Origin: a virus
Taxonomy: Duplodnaviria; Caudoviricetes
Reading direction: 5' to 3' (one strand)
Virus record (IMG/VR): IMGVR_UViG_3300032224_001028
Coordinates: 1 to 63,816 of that record
Length of the DNA: 63,816 nt
Under the pieces are notes generated by a model that saw only the letters and a program-made list of their open reading frames with translations, was not told the origin of the DNA and did not search any database. Of this stretch, positions 28,856 to 37,999 are shown piece by piece. How positions within the stretch are numbered: the first letter of the stretch is position 1; each line of letters begins with the position of its first letter. The translations under genes were made by a program, and so were the position numbers.

Positions 28856-29061
28856 TGAACGAAAAAAACCTCCCCGCCACCGGCCCCGCCAAGACGACCT
28901 ACAAAGTTAGCTTCAGCGACGGGGACGAAACCTTTTGCCACCTCTACAATAACCTTGCTGATGCGGAAGAAGCGAAACAATGGTGCATCGAAAATGAGGG
29001 GAATGGGAAATTGGAAATCTTCAGCCAAGAAACAAAAAACCAAAAAGGAGGACAGACATGA
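28855..29061 (+). CDS. Hypothetical early protein (MNEKNLPATGP, leaderless)
   Basis: GTG after promoter motif. Confidence 0.6.
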   Translation: MNEKNLPATGPAKTTYKVSFSDGDETFCHLYNNLADAEEAKQWCIENEGNGKLEIFSQETKNQKGGQT

Positions 29062-29303
29062 AAACACGGAAACTGAAACTGCCGGCACTTAACAAGTACG
29101 CCAACCTCAAGGGCGATGACAGGGAGAACGTCGCAAAACTTCTCCTCGGTTCGCCACGGGGACGATACGTGATGGGTCAGGCTCTCGCCATCGGATACGA
29201 AACCCTGAAGAACACGGAACCCAGCAACGCCGAGGACATCGCCTTGATCGGCGACACGTTCTTCAAGCCCTTCTACCAGTTGAAAGTGAGTGGGGTTCTG
29301 TGA
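29058..29303 (+). CDS. Hypothetical protein
   Basis: AAGGAGG RBS. Confidence 0.6.
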   Translation: MKTRKLKLPALNKYANLKGDDRENVAKLLLGSPRGRYVMGQALAIGYETLKNTEPSNAEDIALIGDTFFKPFYQLKVSGVL

Positions 29304-29638
29304 AGTACCTGACCCTACTCCTCCTGACTGCCACCGGAGCCTTCGCCGACGGATACGAGGCATACAAGCGGGATTTCATGCTTAAGCAGTTGCCTCAGGT
29401 CATGTCGTCGAAGATGCCGGAGGAAGAGCGAAACGTGCGGATAGCGACGATGGAGTACCGGTGCTACCGGTACTACACCGAGCTAACAGATGAACGGAAG
29501 TTCTACTGGGAGTGGATGGATAAGTACGGCCTGAACGCAACAGAGTACGACCGAGAGAAACTTCGACGCTACATCGACACTCACTTCAGCTTGGGCCGAC
29601 GTACTTCCGGCCAGAGCTACGAGAACTTTGCTTTTTGA
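29300..29638 (+). CDS. Secreted hypothetical protein
   Basis: Signal peptide MKYLTLLLLTATGAFA. Confidence 0.6.
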   Translation: MKYLTLLLLTATGAFADGYEAYKRDFMLKQLPQVMSSKMPEEERNVRIATMEYRCYRYYTELTDERKFYWEWMDKYGLNATEYDREKLRRYIDTHFSLGRRTSGQSYENFAF

Positions 29639-29782
29639 TTTCAGATTCGAGGCAACGAGCTTCGACAAGTAGGCAGACACACTAAGTTTTTCGAGACGGG
29701 CAAGACGCTGAAGGCTGAGTTTATTAGTTTGCGAAATCCATAATCCAACGAAAGTCCGTGTTGGATGTCGTTTGTTGGGCAT
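29483..29782 (-). CDS. Ribbon-helix-helix-like regulator
   Basis: MPNKRHPTRTFVGLWIS...LQRLARLEKLSVSAYLSKLV. Confidence 0.5.
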   Translation of the reverse strand: MPNKRHPTRTFVGLWISQTNKLSLQRLARLEKLSVSAYLSKLVASNLKSKSKVLVALAGSTSAQAEVSVDVASKFLSVVLCCVQAVLIHPLPVELPFIC

Positions 29783-29827
29783 ACGGATACCTACCTGCTT
29801 CTCGGTAGAATCCAAGTAATTTAAGCC

Positions 29828-29863
29828 GGTGTAAAACACCGCATCTTTCTGGTGTTTAACACC
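29828..29863. promoter_or_regulatory. Two 13-bp palindromic operator candidates, GGTGT-N3-ACACC
   Basis: GGTGTAAAACACC (29828) and GGTGTTTAACACC (29851) between divergent genes. Confidence 0.65.
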
Positions 29864-29910
29864 TTAGAAATAGCATTTACAATAAAGTGACATAATTGTA
29901 ATTAGCTTTG

Positions 29911-30207
29911 ATGGATCTCCCTGCCGGAAACGGAAGAGGACGAATTTCTGCTCACGAAAAGAGAAGATTAGATCTAGCCCTGAGCCTCAGGGAACTTTCG
30001 ATTGCCTACGGATTAACCTATGCCCGTATCTGCAAACTCAGAGAATGCGCCGGCTTTCCGATTTTGGAAGGAGTAGTTGTGCCGTCTGATTTTGACCGTT
30101 GGCGAGAGGAGTACTACCGGCGTCCACGTACTTCCTTAGATCTCCCATCTCAAACCGATCATACATTCGGTGAACTATTTCAGAACTATGATTCACCAGA
30201 CGCATAG
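29911..30207 (+). CDS. Excisionase / AlpA-like HTH protein
   Basis: LSLRELSIAYGLTYARICKL...GFP...FDRW; convergent with and overlapping the integrase end. Confidence 0.55.
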   Translation: MDLPAGNGRGRISAHEKRRLDLALSLRELSIAYGLTYARICKLRECAGFPILEGVVVPSDFDRWREEYYRRPRTSLDLPSQTDHTFGELFQNYDSPDA

Positions 30208-31117
30208 CCGAGGCACGGGGTACTTCGGCCCTACGCATTCGGCTCACACGGGTAATACGCAGACTGTGGAATGTATGGTTCGGCATACCAATTCGGTCAA
30301 ACATCCGGCGAAACCGGTAGGACGCCTTGCGGGGCATCAAGCAAGTAACCTTTGCCCCGCTTTCTACGATATGGGTCAGGAGGGGGAGGATCGATGCGGG
30401 GATGGGGATAAGGAAGGCTTTCGTTTCCCCGCCCTTAGGGTTAGGGAAAGTGACTGTTCGCCTTTCCAGATCGATACAAGAGGTGGGAATGCAACACTCC
30501 CTTAGCCGGCATCCGGTCGCCAAGCTGATCTCAAAGGCTACGCCCATCCAAGAGGGCTTTTTCATAAGTGCCATTCGGCACTTTTGGATCTCCTCATCGG
30601 TTAGCTCCGGACGGATTCTCTTTGCCGATTGTTGGCATTTATAGTCGTCCATGGGGCGACCTTCCATTTTCCCCAAAAGGCGTCCCTGCCGTTGGATAAT
30701 CTTCAGGATCTTCAACTCCTGAATCATGGTATTCCGAGAAAGTTTTTTTCTCGAAAGATTTTTCTTTACGTCATGTCTCCAAAGTATAAACAAGTTTGCG
30801 TGAATTGGCCCAAACTCATCCAGCCTAATTTTTCTCAGAGTCATAAATTGATTAATGCTTCGCCACGCCGAGAGGTAACGCTCACAAGTTCCAGTCATGA
30901 TCGGCATGTTTTCAATCATCGGAACAACCCAGTCGGTGCTTTTATTTTGGGGAACGCTAACCTCGCCAACGGAAAGGGTGGACGCATAAACTTTGGCACG
31001 GGCCGTAGCCAGTGGATCGGCAACAAGGTAGCGAGTAGCCTTAGCAACCCAGCGGTTGCCCTGCTTAATTCTAACGTACCAGAACTTCGAACGCTTTCTC
31101 TTATAGATACTCGCCAT
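30038..31117 (-). CDS. int: Tyrosine recombinase (integrase)
   Basis: MASIYKR..SKFWY arm domain; TGCRLRE, K, HSLR and NHSS...MY catalytic set. Confidence 0.9.
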   Translation of the reverse strand: MASIYKRKRSKFWYVRIKQGNRWVAKATRYLVADPLATARAKVYASTLSVGEVSVPQNKSTDWVVPMIENMPIMTGTCERYLSAWRSINQFMTLRKIRLDEFGPIHANLFILWRHDVKKNLSRKKLSRNTMIQELKILKIIQRQGRLLGKMEGRPMDDYKCQQSAKRIRPELTDEEIQKCRMALMKKPSWMGVAFEISLATGCRLRECCIPTSCIDLERRTVTFPNPKGGETKAFLIPIPASILPLLTHIVESGAKVTCLMPRKASYRFRRMFDRIGMPNHTFHSLRITRVSRMRRAEVPRASAMRLVNHSSEIVHRMYDRFEMGDLRKYVDAGSTPLANGQNQTAQLLLPKSESRRIL

Positions 31118-31199
31118 GTAACAAGTGTCACACGCAAATCTAATCAAATCAAATCGATAAGTGGCGGATTAAGTCACTATCATACAAATCTTACCCTTG

Positions 31200-31233
31200 T
31201 ATCCTACCGTGGGTTCAAATCCCACCCCGTCCG
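31200..31233 (+). other. attP core candidate: 3' fragment of a tRNA (Ser-like)
   Basis: ACC-GTGGG-TTCAAAT-CCCAC-CCCGTCC-G equals T-arm plus acceptor 3' strand plus G discriminator; next to integrase. Confidence 0.75.
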
Positions 31234-31640
31234 AATGTTACCAGTAAGTCAGTTACACTGCGCCAAGTATGCTTGTGGCATATGGGCGCATCTATTCACA
31301 CCAAAAATAAATAATTACCACGGGAGGCGTGTGCGCTTATCCCGTGCAAAGAAAGGCACAAAATGAACAAAATATACTACGCCCTATTTGAAGTTTTTAT
31401 CTTTTTGAAGGACTACTTCGAATACATCGCAAGGAAAATGGACGACCTCGCCGTGTGGTTCTACGAAAGGACGAACCAGCATGACTAATCCTAAACAGGA
31501 TAGTAAGGAGCCGAGTTGCGACCACGAACTAGACGTCAAAAAAGACATGAGCTTCCTCAACGTCCCTACCAGCACGAAGTCCCAATTACGGGAGGACGGA
31601 ATGGGATGGGAATACTTACACAACCAATAAGGAGACAACC

Positions 31641-32363
31641 ATGAGCGACAAAGAAATTGCAGTAAAAAGCGAGAACACGATTCGGGAACTGATCGGATCC
31701 GACGAGTTCAAAAAGAAGATTTCCGATGCCCTGCCAAAGCACCTGACGCCGGAACGATTCGCACGGGTGGCACTGATGGCGATTAACAAGACGCCGGCCC
31801 TGCTGAATTGCACGAAGCCGAGCCTCTTTCAGTGCTTGGTAGATCTTGGGGCCATGGGCCTAGAACCGGATGGGCGACGGGCGCACCTGATCCCTTACGG
31901 CAACGTGGCTACTCTGGTGGTGGACTACAAAGGGATCCTTGACCTAATCATGCGCTCGGGCCACGTCCTATCGATCCATGCCGACGTAGTTTGCGAGGGT
32001 GACGTTTTTGAATACGACCTTGGGGAAATCAAACAGCACAAGATCGATTTCCGGAAGGATCGTGGGGCCGTAATTGCGGTCTATTGCATGATCCGCATGA
32101 AGGACGGATCAAACAAGTGTGAAGTCATGACAAAGGCCGACGTCGAATCGATCCGGTCACGTTCCAAGGCCGGTAAGTCTGGCCCTTGGGTTACGGACTG
32201 GAATGAGATGGCAAAAAAGACGGTATTCCGACGGGCATCCAAGTGGGTTCCCTTGTCGCCCGAAGTGCGGGATCAGATCGAACGTGAGGACGTCCATCAG
32301 TTTGCCGGTAAAGCGTCGAGCATACCGGTTGTTGCAACACCCATCTTTGAGGAAGCAAAATGA
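31641..32363 (+). CDS. recT: RecT single-strand annealing protein
   Basis: ALPKHLTPERF, GLEPDG..AHLIPY, DYKG and PWVTDWNEMAKKTV motifs. Confidence 0.92.
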   Translation: MSDKEIAVKSENTIRELIGSDEFKKKISDALPKHLTPERFARVALMAINKTPALLNCTKPSLFQCLVDLGAMGLEPDGRRAHLIPYGNVATLVVDYKGILDLIMRSGHVLSIHADVVCEGDVFEYDLGEIKQHKIDFRKDRGAVIAVYCMIRMKDGSNKCEVMTKADVESIRSRSKAGKSGPWVTDWNEMAKKTVFRRASKWVPLSPEVRDQIEREDVHQFAGKASSIPVVATPIFEEAK

Positions 32364-33415
32364 GCGACGAACGCAAAGGATTACCCAGCGCAAGCAACGC
32401 CAAACGCTTCCTGAACTGTGCCGGATCCTTTCGGGCAGAGTCCGGCTTTCCGGATACGTCCAATCCTGCATCAGAAGCCGGTACTAGGATCCATGACGTG
32501 CTAGCCGGCGAAGCACCTTGGACGAGCTTGAATGACGCTGAACGTGACATGGCCGAGACGCTGAACACGGAATCGGATTTGGTTCTGGCTAACTGGGAAT
32601 CTGAGAAGCCTCTGGTAGCTAGGGAAAAGCGGTTGTTCCTTGTGGAACAAGGCAAAGAACTAGCCTCCGGCAAGGGGGATTTGATGGCAATCTCCGCATG
32701 CGGTAAGCGGGGAATAATTATCGATTACAAGACGGGCAGGGGCGAAGTCGATAAAGCCGGAAAGAATCTTCAACTCCGATTCTTGGCCGTACTCATGGCG
32801 CAGGAGCATCCCAACCTTGAGGAAATTACCGTAGGCATCATCCAGATCGGCGCACCTACAACCCTGTGCGCTTATTCCAAAAGTGATATACGCCTATCCC
32901 GTGAGAACATTCTTACCGGACTTAAGGCACTGGATCAGGACAATGCCCCCCGCAAGAGTGGGACATGGTGCAAGTACTGTAAGGCAATCGGGGTATGCGA
33001 GACGGCCATGGGCGAAAGCATGCAAATCGTCCCTGCGGAGTCGAAGTTCGAGTTGGGCATGCCCTTTGAGGAATTGCTCATTAGGGCCGAAATCGTTGAG
33101 CAGATCATAGAAAGTATTAAGGAGAAGGCTAAGACGCTTCTAAAAGCCAATCCTGAAGCAATAAAGGGCTATAAATTGAGTTCTCCGATTCAACGTCGGG
33201 CGATTAAGAGTCCTGAGACTGCCTTTACCAAGCTATCGACCATCCTTAACGGATCCGAGTTTGCTTCATGTTGCTCAGTAAAGGTGGGCGATTTGCAGAA
33301 GTTGTTGGCAAAAAAACAACAACTCGGTGTGAAAGACTCAAAAGAGGCATTGTCGAATCTGTTAGGTGACGAACTAGAGGTGATTGAATCCGAACCGAGG
33401 TTGATGAAAAAATGA
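32360..33415 (+). CDS. DUF2800 / Cas4-like PD-(D/E)XK exonuclease
   Basis: SAS...C.GS, GTRIH, GKGD, IIDYKTG, QL and WCKYC...C motifs. Confidence 0.8.
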   Translation: MSDERKGLPSASNAKRFLNCAGSFRAESGFPDTSNPASEAGTRIHDVLAGEAPWTSLNDAERDMAETLNTESDLVLANWESEKPLVAREKRLFLVEQGKELASGKGDLMAISACGKRGIIIDYKTGRGEVDKAGKNLQLRFLAVLMAQEHPNLEEITVGIIQIGAPTTLCAYSKSDIRLSRENILTGLKALDQDNAPRKSGTWCKYCKAIGVCETAMGESMQIVPAESKFELGMPFEELLIRAEIVEQIIESIKEKAKTLLKANPEAIKGYKLSSPIQRRAIKSPETAFTKLSTILNGSEFASCCSVKVGDLQKLLAKKQQLGVKDSKEALSNLLGDELEVIESEPRLMKK

Positions 33416-33597
33416 AGATTAACAAAATGAAAACTAAGGCAATCAAAGAGATGATTGCCCGACTGGAAACTATGATCTCCGGCAACTTTACCAAGGAGCA
33501 GGACAAAAAGAATTGGACTCAGTTGCCAAAGGGCAGGGAAACCGGAAGTCAGTATTTCAAGCATCTCCGTGAAGAGCTTGGCCGGAGGAATGCTTGA
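33412..33597 (+). CDS. Hypothetical protein
   Basis: Coupled ORF. Confidence 0.45.
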   Translation: MKINKMKTKAIKEMIARLETMISGNFTKEQDKKNWTQLPKGRETGSQYFKHLREELGRRNA

Positions 33598-34148
33598 GTA
33601 TTTACCGAGATCCACTCAAGGAGTCCGGTGACGAATGCCGTCCGGACAACCAGAGGCTTGAGCAGATCATAGCAGGATCCTTGCTATGCCTTATGCCACT
33701 GCCTAACCGGTCGTGGCTGGACATAGGGGCCGGACAAGCAAAGGCCGAGCAACGCATCACTGGGTTTGGCTTTACCTACATGAGCCAAGATCCGGCCCCG
33801 AATCAACCAGTGGACGTGACGATACCTTTCCACACGATCCGGACACATAAGTTCGGAGTGGTAAGCGCATTCCACGTAATCGAACACGTTCCTTGCTACG
33901 TCAATTTTCTAAAAGACATGAAAGGATTGGTTGAGGCCGGCGGGTATGCGGTTGTTTCGACGCCACTCAGAGTTCAAACGGAATACCATTATAGGGCATT
34001 CGCCAAGGGATCCCACGTACTCAATAGCCTAATCGCTTTGGGCAACCTGATTGCCTCGTTTGACATTCATGAAGATCGGTTTGTGAGAACAGATGCCATG
34101 GCCGGTATCACCGATCCGAAATCAATTTTAAGTATATGGAAACCATAA
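33594..34148 (+). CDS. Class I SAM-dependent methyltransferase
   Basis: WLDIGAG, FHVIEHV and GGYAVVSTP motifs. Confidence 0.75.
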   Translation: MSIYRDPLKESGDECRPDNQRLEQIIAGSLLCLMPLPNRSWLDIGAGQAKAEQRITGFGFTYMSQDPAPNQPVDVTIPFHTIRTHKFGVVSAFHVIEHVPCYVNFLKDMKGLVEAGGYAVVSTPLRVQTEYHYRAFAKGSHVLNSLIALGNLIASFDIHEDRFVRTDAMAGITDPKSILSIWKP

Positions 34149-34308
34149 CTCCTTTCGCATACGAGGTCTTGAAAGTCGTCGTATCCATGGCCGAGCTAAC
34201 TGCCTTCTGGCTGGGTGTGGCGATCCTATGGGGAATGTTAATCGTCGGTGTAGCAAGCGGAGGCGCAGTCGCCTTCTGGTTTATCCGGAAGTTATGGAGG
34301 GAGTTCTT

Positions 34309-34650
34309 ATGAGTAAAATGATGGAAACCTTAAACGCAAAGATCGCAACGGAACGCAGGAGATCCGGAATGCTTGGTTTGGCCCTGAGTGCGCTAGCCAA
34401 GCAGAACGGAGGCCGGCTAATCATCCCAAGGAACGTACTGGGGATGGTGGCATTCGACGGAAAGATTGCCCCTCAGGTCGATGCAAGCGGGAACATGATA
34501 ATCAAAGTGGTGGAGGACAACTTCAACGAGGATTACTTCTTTTGGAAGAGGTGTTGTCGTTTTGGCATCAGCTACTTTGACGTGGCAAACGTCAAGACAT
34601 CCGGAAACTGGAAACATCTATTTTGGCGGATCTATTGGAGGACGGCATGA
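34309..34650 (+). CDS. Hypothetical protein
   Basis: GGAGG RBS. Confidence 0.55.
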   Translation: MSKMMETLNAKIATERRRSGMLGLALSALAKQNGGRLIIPRNVLGMVAFDGKIAPQVDASGNMIIKVVEDNFNEDYFFWKRCCRFGISYFDVANVKTSGNWKHLFWRIYWRTA

Positions 34651-34997
34651 GACACCTCGAAAGCCAACTCCAACAGTCACTCGTTACCCTGCTTCGAATG
34701 GATCACCGGTGCAGGAATCTGTTTGCGATCCCCAATGGTGGGCTACGCAACATCCGGACTGCCGTTCGATTAAAGAAAGAGGGAGTTCTGGCCGGCGTAC
34801 CGGATCTATTCCTGCCGGTGGCACGGGGGAAGTTTCACGGGCTATTCATGGAACTAAAAACGGACAAGGGAACGCTTTCGCCATCTCAAAAGATCATGGG
34901 CGAAAACCTAATAGAGAGTGGTTATGCGGTCGTTGTCATCCGATCAATCGACGAGGGCCGGCTCAAGGTTGCCGAGTACTTGGGGAGCAAATCGTGA
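34647..34997 (+). CDS. VRR-NUC nuclease
   Basis: ESQLQ, AIPNGG, GVLAGVPDL, ELK and LSPSQK motifs. Confidence 0.88.
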   Translation: MRHLESQLQQSLVTLLRMDHRCRNLFAIPNGGLRNIRTAVRLKKEGVLAGVPDLFLPVARGKFHGLFMELKTDKGTLSPSQKIMGENLIESGYAVVVIRSIDEGRLKVAEYLGSKS

Positions 34998-35191
34998 AGA
35001 AAACCCACAAGGTAATCACCCTAGAGAAGCTGAAACGGGCAGTGGACAAGGCTTACGTCCACTCCTGCAAGAAGGGCATCGATCCTGCCAAGGTAAAGAT
35101 TCTCGTTGCGAACGAAGCACCACCTGAAAAGCCCAAGGTGATGATTCACTACATCATAAACACTCAAGGCTTACAGGCGGGGAGGAACTGA
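34994..35191 (+). CDS. Hypothetical protein
   Basis: GTGA-coupled. Confidence 0.45.
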   Translation: MKKTHKVITLEKLKRAVDKAYVHSCKKGIDPAKVKILVANEAPPEKPKVMIHYIINTQGLQAGRN

Positions 35192-35192
35192 T

Positions 35193-35486
35193 ATGAGCGA
35201 AGTCAAACCGGCCCCGACAATCGAGGATCTAGCCGAGCTAGCCGGACACGTAGTTCGGAAGGTCATGATTACCGGATCCACCAAGTCAGGACTGAACGAA
35301 TGGTGGACGAAGAACAACTGCGATTATCACGGTCTTAGGGCCATTAAACATGCCTCAATCTGCCTAATGCAGAAGGACGGTAATGCCCCCAAGGACGTGG
35401 ACGGAGAAAACAAACTAGACCATGCGGAAAGGGCCATCGTCAGGGCCGTTTTCCTATTGGCAAAACTGAAAGGACAAATGAAATGA
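35193..35486 (+). CDS. DUF5664 (dATP/dGTP diphosphohydrolase)-like protein
   Basis: KVM..G..K....W...RAIKH...D.DGE...DHA......F pattern. Confidence 0.45.
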   Translation: MSEVKPAPTIEDLAELAGHVVRKVMITGSTKSGLNEWWTKNNCDYHGLRAIKHASICLMQKDGNAPKDVDGENKLDHAERAIVRAVFLLAKLKGQMK

Positions 35487-35605
35487 AGAAAACCAAGAAC
35501 TACCAAGGCCCATGTTGGAAGGGCTACGAAATGGTAGGAACAAAAAAGAAGGGCGCAAAGACTGTGCCTAACTGCGTACCCAACACAAAGGAGAAAAAGA
35601 AATGA
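35483..35605 (+). CDS. 40-aa CWKGY...VPNCVP phage peptide (not in ORF track)
   Basis: MKKTKNYQGPCWKGYEMVGTKKKGAKTVPNCVPNTKEKKK; ATGA-coupled at both ends. Confidence 0.75.
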   Translation: MKKTKNYQGPCWKGYEMVGTKKKGAKTVPNCVPNTKEKKK

Positions 35606-35823
35606 GCGACACACAAACCACTGGAAACTCAACCAATCAACCTATCCCACAATATCCGCCAGCAATAAACATCGGTGGGGGAATGGGAGGATTGGGAGGG
35701 TTGAACCAATACGGATTACCGACGAGTGAAATCGTCATCGATACAGTAAACCAACTGCGGGACAAGGTGATTGAATTAGACGGAAAGATCCAAACCATTC
35801 TCTCACTCATGCGGAAAGTGTGA
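35602..35823 (+). CDS. Hypothetical protein
   Basis: AAGGAG RBS. Confidence 0.5.
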   Translation: MSDTQTTGNSTNQPIPQYPPAINIGGGMGGLGGLNQYGLPTSEIVIDTVNQLRDKVIELDGKIQTILSLMRKV

Positions 35824-36026
35824 GGCCGAGTAGCGAAAAACTTGGATGGATCATCGATATTCTGAAAAGGAATACAGAAGCCTTGTCGAACCTTCATGCA
35901 AGCGCACCAAGCACTATGCAAGCGAGCGTCAAAGAAGTTAAGCAAGGAGTCGATAGTTCAATCCTGATGTTGAAAGAGATTATAGAACAAAAGAAACGCA
36001 GAAGAGAAAAGGAGTTAGAAAAATGA
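35820..36026 (+). CDS. Hypothetical protein
   Basis: Coupled ORF. Confidence 0.5.
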   Translation: MRPSSEKLGWIIDILKRNTEALSNLHASAPSTMQASVKEVKQGVDSSILMLKEIIEQKKRRREKELEK

Positions 36027-36487
36027 AATATCAGTTCATGGATAGAAAAGGCGGGAACACCTTGCTACCGGAGGGCGACTACAAACTTCGCTTCGTCGGT
36101 GGCGAGTTCATGGTGTCCAGAGCAGGAAACGAAATGCTTAAGATCACGATGGAGGACGTGGATAGCGGGGCGCAGATCACCGATTTCCTGTTCTTCACTG
36201 AGAAGAGCGCATGGAAAACGGACGCATTCCTAAAGTGTTTCGGGGTAGCACCGAAACGTGGTGAAGAGTTCGACTTGGACGAGGCATTCTTGACCAAGAT
36301 TACGGGCAAGGAAGGCGAGGCACTGATTGGCGTCGAGGAATACAATGGTGTGAAGCGCAATCGCATCGGTGAGTTCCTAAGCAAGCCAATGGCAAAGGTT
36401 GAGAAGGATCCTGAGCCGGCCAAGCACAAGGCAAAGGCCCAACCCAAGGCGGAACCCAAGCCGGACAACGACGAAATACCGTTCTAA
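36023..36487 (+). CDS. DUF669-family ssDNA-binding protein
   Basis: LPEGDY and SRAGNEMLK motifs; C-terminal DEIPF. Confidence 0.8.
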   Translation: MKYQFMDRKGGNTLLPEGDYKLRFVGGEFMVSRAGNEMLKITMEDVDSGAQITDFLFFTEKSAWKTDAFLKCFGVAPKRGEEFDLDEAFLTKITGKEGEALIGVEEYNGVKRNRIGEFLSKPMAKVEKDPEPAKHKAKAQPKAEPKPDNDEIPF

Positions 36488-37173
36488 TGCGTATTAGAAC
36501 CATCAAACCGTACTTCTGGAAGCACCCCCTAACGGGGAGGCTTTCAGGGGATGCGAAGTGGCTAGCGGTCGCACTGCTCAATGTGGCAGACGACGAAGGC
36601 TACTTCCATGCCGACGAGTACTACCTACGGGGTGAGGTGGATCCTTTTGCAAAGGACACCAAAACCATATCAAAAAGTTTAGAGGAATTGGCTAATATAG
36701 AGTTTATTAAAATAGTAACTCACCCCAAAATGGGGAAGATCGGTCGCATCTGCAAGTTCAAGGAACATCAGGTAATCAACCGGCCAACGGGCAGTACTAT
36801 AAAAGGTTATTACTTAGCGAGTAACACCCAAACTCACGGAGCGATCAGTGAGGACTCAGTGACGACTCACACACAACTCACTGACGACTCACTGCCGGAA
36901 GGGAAGGGAAAGGAAGGGAATGGAATGGAAAGGAATAGGATCCCATCACTTGAAGAATGGTTGTATTATTCAAAAGAAATCGGATTTGACGAAAGCAACG
37001 CTGAACAGACTTACAACTGGTATCAGTCAAACGGATGGAAAGTTGGCAAGAACCCCATGAAAGACTGGAAAGCGTGTGTACGCACTTGTCACCTACGCAA
37101 CAAACCAAAGCAAGTGAAGTCGCTCACAGCAATTAAACCACAAACCAAAACAATTCAGTACGAGGAGGCATAA
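36487..37173 (+). CDS. Replication initiator protein
   Basis: RIRTIKPYFW, ADDEG and C-terminal NGWKVGKNPMKDWKA motifs; internal iteron-like repeats. Confidence 0.8.
   Translation: MRIRTIKPYFWKHPLTGRLSGDAKWLAVALLNVADDEGYFHADEYYLRGEVDPFAKDTKTISKSLEELANIEFIKIVTHPKMGKIGRICKFKEHQVINRPTGSTIKGYYLASNTQTHGAISEDSVTTHTQLTDDSLPEGKGKEGNGMERNRIPSLEEWLYYSKEIGFDESNAEQTYNWYQSNGWKVGKNPMKDWKACVRTCHLRNKPKQVKSLTAIKPQTKTIQYEEA
36832..36894. repeat. Iteron-like repeats (ACTCASTGA/GACTCAC), candidate origin
   Basis: Several near-copies inside the initiator gene, followed by a GGAAR purine tract. Confidence 0.5.
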
Positions 37174-37177
37174 AACT

Positions 37178-37999
37178 ATGGGACGCATTCTAAACGCACC
37201 ATCAAAGTACTCGGCTCAGATCAAACACAAGCCTATGCGAGTCGAGAAGCTGATCACTGTCATGACCGGCGAACCTCACACCGGCAAGACCCACAGGGCA
37301 ATCGACGCCGGATACGCATGGATCTCAGACAAACCAAAAGCAACGGCATTGTTCCTGAACATGGAAAACTGGCTCAAAGACATCTCAGTGGCTTACCACG
37401 ACAACAAACCAATCCAGTCCGTGCTAGACCTACCCACAAAGGTAGATCTGCTTATCATGGACGACCTATGGGCCAATGATCGCCACTTGAAAGATCACAA
37501 TGGAGGCCGGATCTCAGACATGATCCGTAATCGCATGGACGCCGGCAAGACGACGATCATCACAACCAACTGCACGTTTGAGGATCTAACTAACCTGAAC
37601 GTAGATCAAAGGCTTCTCTCACGACTCGATCCATCCAACGAGCATGCCAAGTGGATCCTTTACAAGTCAGTCGATGCAACAAAGAAGGCACTCGAAGGAA
37701 ACTGGGAAATCAAGCAACCGCTCTGGTACTACGACGCAATCGCAGTCGCATCAGACGTGAAGAAAGGTCACTCCGGATGGTCGATAAGCCTACTTTGTCA
37801 TAAAATGCCCGAAGATGGGTGGATATGGCTCGAATCGATGCTTACCCCTAGCGAACTACAAACCGCACGGGAATCGGCATTGTTGCTCGATTCTGTGGCA
37901 TCTAATGAGAAAGATGTTGCCAACCTGACAACAACTGACATAGTGGATGAACTGGTAGCAGTCAAAGCACCAGCAAAGGAAGCAGAGGTAGTTTGGTGA
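37178..37999 (+). CDS. DnaC/IstB-like AAA+ helicase loader
   Basis: GEPHTGKT, LLIMDDL, TIITTN and RLLSRL motifs. Confidence 0.8.
   Translation: MGRILNAPSKYSAQIKHKPMRVEKLITVMTGEPHTGKTHRAIDAGYAWISDKPKATALFLNMENWLKDISVAYHDNKPIQSVLDLPTKVDLLIMDDLWANDRHLKDHNGGRISDMIRNRMDAGKTTIITTNCTFEDLTNLNVDQRLLSRLDPSNEHAKWILYKSVDATKKALEGNWEIKQPLWYYDAIAVASDVKKGHSGWSISLLCHKMPEDGWIWLESMLTPSELQTARESALLLDSVASNEKDVANLTTTDIVDELVAVKAPAKEAEVVW

Noticed and set aside
31200-31233. Complete tRNA gene
   Set aside because: Only the T-arm and 3' acceptor strand are present; no matching 5' strand, D-arm or anticodon arm
30629-31366. 245-aa plus-strand ORF
   Set aside because: Antisense shadow of the integrase running through attP; only its extreme 3' end might be a small real gene
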